Assembly (NCBI GenBank): GCA_965224345.1
Contig: CBDCYU010000003.1
Location: 1,993,748 to 2,057,747 of the forward strand
DNA length: 64,000 nt
Direction of reading: 5' to 3'
From: Dehalococcoidia bacterium
GTDB lineage: Bacteria; Chloroflexota; Dehalococcoidia; Lucifugimonadales; CBDCYU01
The translations under genes were made by a program, and so were the position numbers. Below are positions 1 to 9,680 of the stretch, in pieces. The notes under the pieces were generated by a model, which searched no databases, was not told the origin of the DNA, and saw nothing but the letters and a program-made list of their open reading frames with translations. Numbering within the stretch: position 1 is the stretch's first letter; every line of letters starts with the position of its first letter.

Positions 1-801
1 TTCGATCCCCACGAGCCCTGGGACCCGCCCGAGTACATGGTCAGGAGGTACGACCCGGAGTACGCGGGGGCCCCGATGCTGCACCCGAACTACGGCCTCT
101 CCAGCGACTACAGCGGGGCGGAGCTCCGCAACCTCCGGGCCCACTACGCAGCCGAGGTCGAGATGACGGACCGCTGGATCGGCCGCATACTGCAGAAGAT
201 CGACGACCTGGACCTGTGGCGCAGCTCCATCGTGGTATTCACGTCCGATCACGGGATAAGCATCGGAGAGCATGGCCGGACCGGAAAGTCCAACATCAGC
301 GAGAGGGACCAACGGGCGTGGCCCATCTACCCGGAGGTGGCCCACGTGCCCTACATGATCGCGGCCCCGGGCTTGGAGGGCGGTCGCAGCGTTCACCTGC
401 TGACGCAGCCACCGGACACACTGCCCACGCTGCTGGATATGGCGGGCATCCAGGCCGCGCCCCCGGCGCCCTTCCATGGCCGCTCCTTCGCACCTATCCT
501 ACGAGGCGAGAGCGACCAGCCGATTCGCGACTTCGCCATCACGGCGCAGCATCTGCGGCCGGATGGCGGCGCACGCCAGTCGTCGAGCTGGACGACTCCG
601 GTGCTCTACACCGAGAGGTGGGCCTACGCTCCCATCGGCGCCGGGGCCGGGCCGGAGCTGTACGACCTCGCCTCTGACCCCTGCGCCGAGTCCGACGTGG
701 CCTCGGAGCACCCCGGCGTGGTGGCCCAATTGCACGAGAGCCTGCTCGCGTGGCTGCGCAGCGTCGATGCCCCGGCGGAGGCCATCCAGGTCTTCGAGTA
801 G
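1..801 (+). CDS. Sulfatase-family hydrolase, C-terminal part (5' end outside window)
   Basis: Frame-1 ORF is open from base 1 to the stop at 799-801. The translation (FDPHEPWDPPEY...FTSDHGISIGEHGRTGK...LYDLASDPCE) matches the C-terminal half of type I sulfatases. Confidence 0.8.
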   Translation, partial: FDPHEPWDPPEYMVRRYDPEYAGAPMLHPNYGLSSDYSGAELRNLRAHYAAEVEMTDRWIGRILQKIDDLDLWRSSIVVFTSDHGISIGEHGRTGKSNISERDQRAWPIYPEVAHVPYMIAAPGLEGGRSVHLLTQPPDTLPTLLDMAGIQAAPPAPFHGRSFAPILRGESDQPIRDFAITAQHLRPDGGARQSSSWTTPVLYTERWAYAPIGAGAGPELYDLASDPCAESDVASEHPGVVAQLHESLLAWLRSVDAPAEAIQVFE

Positions 802-955
802 CGGGGCCGACGTGTGTCCCCCTTAGCCAACTCGTCCCGCACATGTTGGAGTCGCGGCCACTAGGGTACAATAGCCCTCTGCACACCCCGACACCGTGAG
901 AACCAAGACTGGCGGGCAGAGAGCGTTGGGATGATACAGAGATCCGGAGATTGGC

Positions 956-2167
956 TTGAAAGAGGCGAGGCGTGACGACGTCATATTGAGCCATCGTAAG
1001 CCCAGTAGACCCAAACGGGGCTACTTTCCGTTTAGTTTGGGCAAACGGGAACCGGACTCCTTCACGGTCGGGCCATACCAGGTTGGAATAATCATTCATG
1101 ACGGCATAGTAGAGTATGTCTTTGAAGGGGAGAAGAGGAGTCTTCCCGAAGGTGAGTTACAGACCTACATAGCTTCCACTGCGCCGTTCAAATTGATCTT
1201 TCGGTTCAAGGGCCCTGGCGGCCCCTCCCAACCGGACGACATCGAACTTGACCCGCCGCTCTTGACTGCCGACGGACAGCACCTCACGGGCCGGATTGAC
1301 CTCACGCTGTCGGTCATAACCCAGGGGTCTATGTTCGCATCAGTTATGCCCGAAGGCGCCCACCGCCTGTTGCAGCTGCTGGGGCTGGACGGCGATGTCA
1401 TCACAAAGTCCGACATTGCCGACGTGATCAAGGCCGAACTGCTACCCAGACTGCTGGCTGTCGACCTCCACGGATACACGGCTGACGAACTGCGTAGCAA
1501 CCGCGAACTGCTGCGAGATATCTCCGGCCCGCTCAAGACTGAGCTGGCCTCAACGATCGACCGGTTCGGCTTGCAGCTCGTCGACTTTCATGCGAATTGG
1601 GCACCGACACCCGAAAAGCCCTCACAACACGAGGGGTTCCGTCCTGCCGGCGCTGACATCCACGCAAGGGACGACGACGGCTTAATGTCCCTGCATGAGG
1701 CCGCTGCGCATGGCCATACCGAAGAGGCACTGGCGCTCTCCGCAGGTGATGATATCGACGCGAGGGGCCACATGGATTTGACGGCCCTCTACGCGGCAGC
1801 TTTGCGGGGTCGTACCGAAACCGTGAAGGCCCTCATCTCATCCGGCTCTGATATCAACGCGAGGGGCTACAGGGGTGCGACACCCCTCCACGCGGCGGCT
1901 GGGACTGGTCATATCGAAACGGCACTGGCACTCGTCTCCAAAGGCGCCGACATCAACGCGAGGAACGACGAGAACCTAACCCCCTTGCACGCGGCGGCTT
2001 GGCTTGGTCAAACCGAGACGGTCCTAGAGCTCATCTCCGCAGGCGCTGATATCAACGCAAGGAGCTACGGTGGCCAGACGCCCTTGGATTTGGCAAATGT
2101 GGGGGGCTACTCTGAAACGGTACTGGCGCTCATCTCCGCCGGTGCTGACCATGTCCGCGGCTGGTGA
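956..2167 (+). CDS. SPFH/band-7-like N-terminal domain fused to about 5 ankyrin repeats
   Basis: C-terminal half has repeated G.TPLHAAA..GH.E....L...GADINAR ankyrin units. N-terminal ~230 aa (GIIIHDGIVEYVFEGEKRSLPEG...TGRIDLTLSV...LVDFHANW) looks SPFH-like. Start is a TTG and uncertain. GC looks lower than the neighbours. Confidence 0.6.
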   Translation: MKEARRDDVILSHRKPSRPKRGYFPFSLGKREPDSFTVGPYQVGIIIHDGIVEYVFEGEKRSLPEGELQTYIASTAPFKLIFRFKGPGGPSQPDDIELDPPLLTADGQHLTGRIDLTLSVITQGSMFASVMPEGAHRLLQLLGLDGDVITKSDIADVIKAELLPRLLAVDLHGYTADELRSNRELLRDISGPLKTELASTIDRFGLQLVDFHANWAPTPEKPSQHEGFRPAGADIHARDDDGLMSLHEAAAHGHTEEALALSAGDDIDARGHMDLTALYAAALRGRTETVKALISSGSDINARGYRGATPLHAAAGTGHIETALALVSKGADINARNDENLTPLHAAAWLGQTETVLELISAGADINARSYGGQTPLDLANVGGYSETVLALISAGADHVRGW

Positions 2168-2431
2168 TCACCGGGGCGAGCCGCTGATGCAGCGGGGGAC
2201 AACTGAGGCCGCTGGCGTCGTCTCTAATTGAACATGGCGCCATAGGCAGGGAGGAACCAAAACGGCACTCATACCCGATGGCTGCTATCCAACTTTGTTC
2301 AAAGCCAAGCTAAGAAACTATCTCATAACCGTATCTGATCGCAGGAAAGTCCCTTTGACGGGCTCAGAACAAACAGCTGTTCCCTAACCCTCTCCCAGAC
2401 TTGAGAGAAGGGAGCTTGTAGGAGCAAGGCC

Positions 2432-4486
<2,055 letters not shown>

Positions 4487-4683
4487 TCAATGAACATGCG
4501 GGCTTGCTTGAACGCATGTACCGAAATATGCCAAGCACATTACATATCCATTGTATCACATTAGAGCCGTCTACGCCTTGCAAAACGGGGCCCGCGGCAG
4601 GGCTATTTTGCCGTCCGAAAACCCTCACGCCGCCCTTGTGCTCACCAATCTCCTGCGAGGGAGAGATAGGTTTGCTTCTGAGC

Positions 4684-4713
4684 TTGACAACGCGCCCGGT
4701 TGAGTGGTCAAAT
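4684..4713 (+). promoter_or_regulatory. Candidate sigma70-type promoter for the riboswitch/btu operon
   Basis: TTGACA at 4684-4689, 18-nt spacer, TCAAAT at 4708-4713, directly upstream of the riboswitch. Confidence 0.35.
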
Positions 4714-4715
4714 GC

Positions 4716-4950
4716 TGTCAGCGTGGCCTGCTGTGGCGCGGGCCAATATTCAAGTGGGGCGAAGGTGCCCAGCAGGGCGTAATAGGGGAAGCCGGTTAGA
4801 GTCCGGCGCTGTCCCGCAACGGTAGGCTCCGCCATGGCGGAGCAAGCCCGGTCCACTGCCTTCGTCCATGTTTTGGCCTTCGAGGATAAGGTACGAGCAT
4901 GGTTGGTTATCCGAGGCCCTGCATCTCTGTCGAGGCAGGGTCTTTCTTTT
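4716..4950 (+). promoter_or_regulatory. Cobalamin (B12) riboswitch with terminator expression platform
   Basis: Core AATAGGGGAAGCCGGTTAGAGTCCGGCGCTGTCCCGCAACGGTAGG (4781-4826) and a B12-box-like GTCCACTGCC (4851-4860) match the cobalamin riboswitch consensus. A terminator hairpin follows, then a B12-type ABC importer. Outer boundaries are approximate. Confidence 0.85.
4915..4950 (+). terminator. Intrinsic terminator (riboswitch OFF platform)
   Basis: Stem CCCTGC (4917-4922) pairs with GCAGGG (4935-4940), followed by TCTTTCTTTT (4941-4950), 50 nt before the btuF-like ATG. Confidence 0.6.
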
Positions 4951-5000
4951 GCCTTCATCCGCCGGGCGCCGCGTCCTCTACGGCCTGAGGAGCAGGCAAG

Positions 5001-5921
5001 ATGCGATTGAAGGCGGTTTCGACAGCGTTACTTCTAGCTCTCATCATGGCGCTGGCGGCGGGGGCCTGCGGCGACGCCGAACCCACCCCCGAACCGGCGG
5101 CACCCGCGCCTACGCCAACAGTCCAAGCGTTCCCGGTAACGGTTACCGACTCCAACGGAGAAGAGGTAACCTTCGACACCGCTCCACAGCGTATTGTCGC
5201 ATACGACTCGGCGGTGGTCGAGATCCTGTTCGCCATCGGAGAGGGCCACAGGCTGGCGGGGACCCATGACTTCGCCTCACATCCCCCGGAGGTGGCCGAC
5301 GTTCCCCGGGTGGGCGACGCCTTCACCCTCAATTTGGAGGCCATAGTCGCCCTGGAACCCGACCTGGTCTTCATCTTCTCCGAGGGGTTCAAGTCCGACC
5401 TGGAGCGGGCTGGCCTAAAGGTGCTGTACCAGAAGAGCCTGCAGGACGACCTCTCGCAGATCGCGGACAATATCCGGATGTGGGGGCGCATCACCGGGGG
5501 CGCTGCGCAGGCCGAGGCCTCCGCGGACGGCTTCCAGGAGCGCGTCGCCAGCATCAGAGCTGCGCTGACAGACCATCCGGGCGGGCTGTCGGTCTTCCAG
5601 GACGAGGGGGACCTCTGGACCCCTGGGCCCGACACGCTCATGGCCCGGGTGTTCGAGCTTCTGAAGCTTCAAAATATAGCCCACGATCTGACGGACTACG
5701 CGCAGCTCAGCCCGGAGGTGATCGTGGATAGAGATCCGGCGATCATAATCGCCTCCTACGGGGACACCCTCAGCACCAATCCCGCCTTCAGCGAGGTGTC
5801 CGCGATCAAGGAGGGCCGCGTCTATGTACCAGGCTCCGACGCCCTGAGCGTGGCGGGGCCGAGATTCATTCAGGGGATCGAGGACCTTGCCAAGTACGTC
5901 TACCCCGATCTGTTCGAGTAG
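5001..5921 (+). CDS. ABC transporter periplasmic/substrate-binding protein, BtuF/FhuD-like
   Basis: N-terminal signal peptide ending in a Cys (LAAGAC). Body resembles the PBP type 2 family (RIVAYDSAVVEILFAIGEG..., PDLVFIF). Sits behind the B12 riboswitch and before the FecCD permease. Confidence 0.8.
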   Translation: MRLKAVSTALLLALIMALAAGACGDAEPTPEPAAPAPTPTVQAFPVTVTDSNGEEVTFDTAPQRIVAYDSAVVEILFAIGEGHRLAGTHDFASHPPEVADVPRVGDAFTLNLEAIVALEPDLVFIFSEGFKSDLERAGLKVLYQKSLQDDLSQIADNIRMWGRITGGAAQAEASADGFQERVASIRAALTDHPGGLSVFQDEGDLWTPGPDTLMARVFELLKLQNIAHDLTDYAQLSPEVIVDRDPAIIIASYGDTLSTNPAFSEVSAIKEGRVYVPGSDALSVAGPRFIQGIEDLAKYVYPDLFE

Positions 5922-5933
5922 AGCGGCGCTTCA

Positions 5934-6983
5934 TTGAGGCCGTCGGCCCCGATGGTACGGCGTTACCCGTGGCGGCGGCTTTTGGCCGGCCTGGCCGTCG
6001 CGGCGGCGGCGGCCCTGCTGGCAGCCGGGATCGGGTCCGTCAGCATACCGCCGCTGGCCGTCCTACATCTGCTGGCGTCGAAGCTGCCCTTGGTCGACGC
6101 AGACTCCAGCTGGCCGGAGACGTGGGACACCATCGTGTGGCAGCTGAGGCTGCCCCGGATCCTCCTGGCCGCCATCGTGGGCGTGGCGCTGGCCATATCG
6201 GGAGCCACCTTCCAGGCCCTCTTCAGAAATCCCCTGGCCACACCATCGCTGATAGGGGTGTCGTCCGGTGCGGGGCTTGGCGCCACCATCGTCATGGTCA
6301 CGGGGGTACCCCTGGCGTTCCAGGGCGTCAGCCTCGTCCCGGTGGCCGCCTTCGCGGGCGGCTTGGCCGCGGTCAGCGCAGCATACTTCGTCTCACGCCG
6401 GACGGACGGCCTGCCTCTGACGTCTCTCATACTGGCGGGTGTGGCCATCGCCTACCTGGCCAACGCCGTCTCCAGCATGCTCCTGATACGGAGCGACCCC
6501 GACATTCGCCCGGTGCTCAGCTGGCTGCTGGGGGGATTCGCATCGGCGCAGTGGAAGCACAGCTACCTCTTGCTCCCATACCTGGCTCCCAGCATCGTCG
6601 TGGTGCTGGGATACTCCCGCGTACTGAACGTGCTGCAGCTGGACGAGGAGCACGCCCAGCAGCTCGGCGTCAACGTGGAGCGTACCAAGCTGGTGTTGAC
6701 GGCGGCGGCAACACTGGCCACGGCGGCCGCCGTCTCCTTCAGCGGCCTGATCGTCTTCGTGGGCCTCGTCGCCCCCCACTCCGTCCGGCTCATCTGGGGA
6801 GACGACAACCGGTTCCTGCTGCCCATGTCGGCCATCGTCGGGGCCGGCTTTCTCATACTGGCCGACCTTGCGGCCAGGACGGTCCTGAGCCCCACCGAGC
6901 TGCCTGTCGGCATCGTCACCGCCTTCTGCGGGGCTCCCTTCTTCCTGTACCTTCTGAAGCGGCGAAGGATCACGGGCTTCTGA
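5934..6983 (+). CDS. FecCD-family ABC permease (BtuC-like)
   Basis: Polytopic membrane protein with LRLPRILLAAIVGVALAISGATFQALFRNPLA and GIVTAFCGAPFFLYLL motifs. Start is either TTG 5934 or ATG 5952. Confidence 0.85.
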   Translation: MRPSAPMVRRYPWRRLLAGLAVAAAAALLAAGIGSVSIPPLAVLHLLASKLPLVDADSSWPETWDTIVWQLRLPRILLAAIVGVALAISGATFQALFRNPLATPSLIGVSSGAGLGATIVMVTGVPLAFQGVSLVPVAAFAGGLAAVSAAYFVSRRTDGLPLTSLILAGVAIAYLANAVSSMLLIRSDPDIRPVLSWLLGGFASAQWKHSYLLLPYLAPSIVVVLGYSRVLNVLQLDEEHAQQLGVNVERTKLVLTAAATLATAAAVSFSGLIVFVGLVAPHSVRLIWGDDNRFLLPMSAIVGAGFLILADLAARTVLSPTELPVGIVTAFCGAPFFLYLLKRRRITGF

Positions 6984-7804
6984 TGCGAGAGAAGGGCCTC
7001 TCTATGCTGGTGGTACAGGACCTGCACTTCGGGTACGGGTCCGAGGGGGTGCTGAGGGGCTTTGCGATGGAGGTGGGCCGGGGCGAGATGGTCGGCATAG
7101 TGGGCCCAAACGGGGTTGGCAAGACGACCATACTGCGACTGATCAGCGGGGTCCTGTCGCCCTCCCGGGGCCGCGTCTTCGTGGACGGCTCCGACATTAC
7201 GACGCTTACCGCCGCACAGCGGGGCCGGCTCGTCTCCGTCGTCCCCCAGAACCCCAGGCTTCCCCTGGGGTTCAAGCTCCTGGACCTGGTAATGATGGGG
7301 AGGAACCCGCACCTGGGACTGCTCCAGTGGGAGGGCGAGCGGGACGTGGAGGCCGCCCGGACGGCCATGGAGATGACAGGGCTCTGGCGCCTGGCGGACC
7401 GGGCCGTGGGCACGTTGTCCGGCGGCGAGCAGCAGCGCGCGGTGGTCGCCCTGGCGCTGACGCAGGAGGCCCCGGTGATGCTGCTGGACGAGCCCACCTC
7501 GAGCTTGGACCTTGCCCACCAGACGGGGATTCTGGACCTGGTGACCGAGGTGCAGCACCGCCTCAAGGGTACGGTGGTGATGGCGATCCACGATCTGACG
7601 CTGGCAGCCCAGTACTGCGACCGGCTGGTGATGCTGGCTGGCGGGCGAGAGTATGCCGACGGTGCCCCGCGCGACGTGCTTACCGAGGAGAACGTCTCCC
7701 ACGTCTACGGTGCCGAGGTGTTCATCCTGTCACATCCGCAGCGTGGGACGCCGGTGGTGCTGCCGCGCTCCGGCAAGGGCCTCGACTACGGTCCCGACGG
7801 CTGA
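6983..7804 (+). CDS. ABC transporter ATP-binding protein (BtuD/FepC-like)
   Basis: ATG overlaps the permease TGA (cttcTGATGcg). Walker A GPNGVGKTT, signature LSGGEQQR, Walker B MLLDEPTS. The upstream part of track ORF 5969..7804 overlaps the permease out of frame and is ignored. Confidence 0.88.
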   Translation: MREKGLSMLVVQDLHFGYGSEGVLRGFAMEVGRGEMVGIVGPNGVGKTTILRLISGVLSPSRGRVFVDGSDITTLTAAQRGRLVSVVPQNPRLPLGFKLLDLVMMGRNPHLGLLQWEGERDVEAARTAMEMTGLWRLADRAVGTLSGGEQQRAVVALALTQEAPVMLLDEPTSSLDLAHQTGILDLVTEVQHRLKGTVVMAIHDLTLAAQYCDRLVMLAGGREYADGAPRDVLTEENVSHVYGAEVFILSHPQRGTPVVLPRSGKGLDYGPDG

Positions 7805-7809
7805 GACGC

Positions 7810-8040
7810 TTACCCCAGCGAGACGCAGGTGTTGGTGCGGACCACGCCGGGAAGGGTGTGTATGGCGCTGACCACGACCTCGCTGATCTCGTTCAGGTCT
7901 TCCGCCTCGAGCACCGCCACCACGTCGTAGGGCCCCGTGACCCTATCGACCTGCAAGACTTGTCTCCGACCCCTCAGGGCGTCCACCAAGCCTCTAGAGT
8001 GACCCGCCGTCATTTCGATCAGGATATAGGCCTTAACCAT
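7810..8040 (-). CDS. Stand-alone Lrp/AsnC ligand-binding (RAM) domain protein, 76 aa
   Basis: MVKAYILIEMTAGHSRGLVDALRGRRQVLQVDRVTGPYDVVAVLEAEDLNEI... matches the AsnC-type effector domain, with no HTH. Start lies 15 nt after the groEL stop. The rest of track ORF 7810..8706 is antisense to groEL. Confidence 0.7.
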   Translation of the reverse strand: MVKAYILIEMTAGHSRGLVDALRGRRQVLQVDRVTGPYDVVAVLEAEDLNEISEVVVSAIHTLPGVVRTNTCVSLG

Positions 8041-8054
8041 GAGACTCCTCCGTC

Positions 8055-9656
8055 CTAATCGTCCCAGGGCTCGGGCAGCTTCATGGGATTGAGCTCGGTG
8101 ATCAGCGACTCCGTGGTCAAGACCATGCCCGCCACGCTGGCGGCGTTCTCCAAGGCCGACCTCGTCACCTTCGCCGGGTCCAAGATGCCCATTTCGAGCA
8201 TGTTGCCGAAGCGCTCGGCGTCGGCATCGAAGCCCCAGTCTCCCTCGCCCTTCTTGACGCCGTCCAGGATCACCTCGCCGGACAGACCGGCGTTGTCGGC
8301 TATCAGCTTTACGGGCGCGTCCACGGCGGAGAGGACGATCCGTACCCCCGTGCGCTCGTCGCCGTCGGCGTCGAGCCTGTCTGCGACGGTCTTGGCCGCC
8401 CGTATCAGGGATGTGCCGCCCCCGGCGACGATCCCTTCGTCCATAGCCGCGCGGGTTGCCGAGAGGGCGTCCTGCAGGCGCTCCTTCTTCTCGCGAAGCT
8501 CGCCCTCCGTCGCGGCGCCGACCCTCATCACCGACACGCCGCCGAAGAGCTTGGCCGCACGCTCCTCGAGCTTCTCGCGATCGTAGCTGGAGGTGGTGTC
8601 CTCCGCCTGGCGCCTCAGCTGGCCCACCCTCTCCTCTATCGCCCCGGAGTCTCCCGCCCCCTCGACGAAGACGGTGTCGTCCTTGTTGGAGATGATACGG
8701 CGGCACCTGCCCAGGTCCGATATGTCGGCGGAATCGAGATCGCGTCCGATGTCCTTGCTGATGACGGTCGCCCCCAGGAGGATCGACATGTCCTCCAGGA
8801 TGGCCTTCCGGCGGTCGCCGAAGGCGGGCGCCTTGATGGCCAGGCAGCTCAGGTTGCCCCTGACCTTGTTTACGACCAGGGTCGCCAGCGCCTCCCCCTC
8901 GATGTCCTCGCCGATGACGACGAGGCTCTTGCTCACGGGGTTCAACTTCTCCAGGAGCGGGAGAAGGTCCGACATGGAAGATATCTTCTCCGAGGTCAGC
9001 AGGACGTAGGGGTTGTCGATCTCGGCCACCATGCGGTCTTGGTCCGTAACGAAGTGCGGAGAGACGTAGCCCCTGTCGATCTCCATGCCCTCCACGTAGT
9101 CGACCTCGTAGTAAAGGCCCTGGGACTCCTCTACCGTCACGATCCCCTGACGGCCGACCTTGTCCAGCACCTCGCCGATCCTGGCTCCCATCTCGTCATC
9201 GTGCGCCGCCAGGGAGGCGACTTGGATGATCTGATCTTTACCCTGGACCGACTGCGCCATCCCCGCGATCTCTTGGCGAATGGCGTCTACCGCTCTGTCT
9301 ATGCCCCTCTTGAGCACCATGGGATTGGCGCCGGCGGTGACGTTCTTGAACCCCTCCTGGATCATGGCCCGCGCCAAGACCGTCGACGTTGTTGTGCCGT
9401 CGCCGACCACGTCGTTGGTCTTGATGGCCGCCTCCTTGAGGAGCTGGGCGCCCATGTTCTGGAAGGGCTCTTTCAGCTCTATGTCCCTGGCGATGGTGAC
9501 TCCGTCGCTGCACACGTGGGGAGCGCCGACCTCCTGTCCCAGGAGGACGTTGCGTCCGGTGGGCCCCAGGGTCGCTCCCACGGCCCTGACGACGGTGTCC
9601 ATGCCCAGGATCAGCTCGTGACGGGCATCGTCGCTGAATTGAAACTGCTTAGCCAT
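8055..9656 (-). CDS. groL: Chaperonin GroEL paralogue (60 kDa, divergent, no GGM tail)
   Basis: 533 aa with DGTTTSTVLA, IVTVEES, AVKAPAFGDRRKA-like (AIKAPAFGDRRKA) and GIVAGGG motifs. C-terminus ends ...MKLPEPWDD. No groES adjacent. Confidence 0.9.
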   Translation of the reverse strand: MAKQFQFSDDARHELILGMDTVVRAVGATLGPTGRNVLLGQEVGAPHVCSDGVTIARDIELKEPFQNMGAQLLKEAAIKTNDVVGDGTTTSTVLARAMIQEGFKNVTAGANPMVLKRGIDRAVDAIRQEIAGMAQSVQGKDQIIQVASLAAHDDEMGARIGEVLDKVGRQGIVTVEESQGLYYEVDYVEGMEIDRGYVSPHFVTDQDRMVAEIDNPYVLLTSEKISSMSDLLPLLEKLNPVSKSLVVIGEDIEGEALATLVVNKVRGNLSCLAIKAPAFGDRRKAILEDMSILLGATVISKDIGRDLDSADISDLGRCRRIISNKDDTVFVEGAGDSGAIEERVGQLRRQAEDTTSSYDREKLEERAAKLFGGVSVMRVGAATEGELREKKERLQDALSATRAAMDEGIVAGGGTSLIRAAKTVADRLDADGDERTGVRIVLSAVDAPVKLIADNAGLSGEVILDGVKKGEGDWGFDADAERFGNMLEMGILDPAKVTRSALENAASVAGMVLTTESLITELNPMKLPEPWDD

Positions 9657-9680
9657 CTATCTCACCTCGTGATTGATGTA

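Noticed and set aside
2381-2420. CCCTCTCCC-type motif downstream of gyrB (AACCCTCTCCCAGACTTGAGAGAAGGGAG)
   Set aside because: The arms pair poorly (at best 5 bp with a 13-nt loop), so it is not counted among the hairpin family or as a terminator.
2168-2431. tRNA, rRNA or small RNA genes in the larger intergenic spacers (also 4400-4680, 39453-39608, 45435-45649, 59107-59460)
   Set aside because: Reading both strands, I saw no cloverleaf-compatible arms, no rRNA-like conserved blocks and no other recognisable RNA family. tRNAscan or Infernal would be needed to exclude them formally.
5969-6982. N-terminal 338 codons of track ORF 5969..7804
   Set aside because: Overlaps the FecCD permease in another frame and is Arg/Gly-rich junk. 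Only the part from ATG 6983 (the ABC ATPase) is credible.
8041-8706. Upstream two-thirds of track ORF 7810..8706
   Set aside because: Antisense to groEL. Only the last 76 codons (the RAM-domain protein) have a plausible start and family resemblance.
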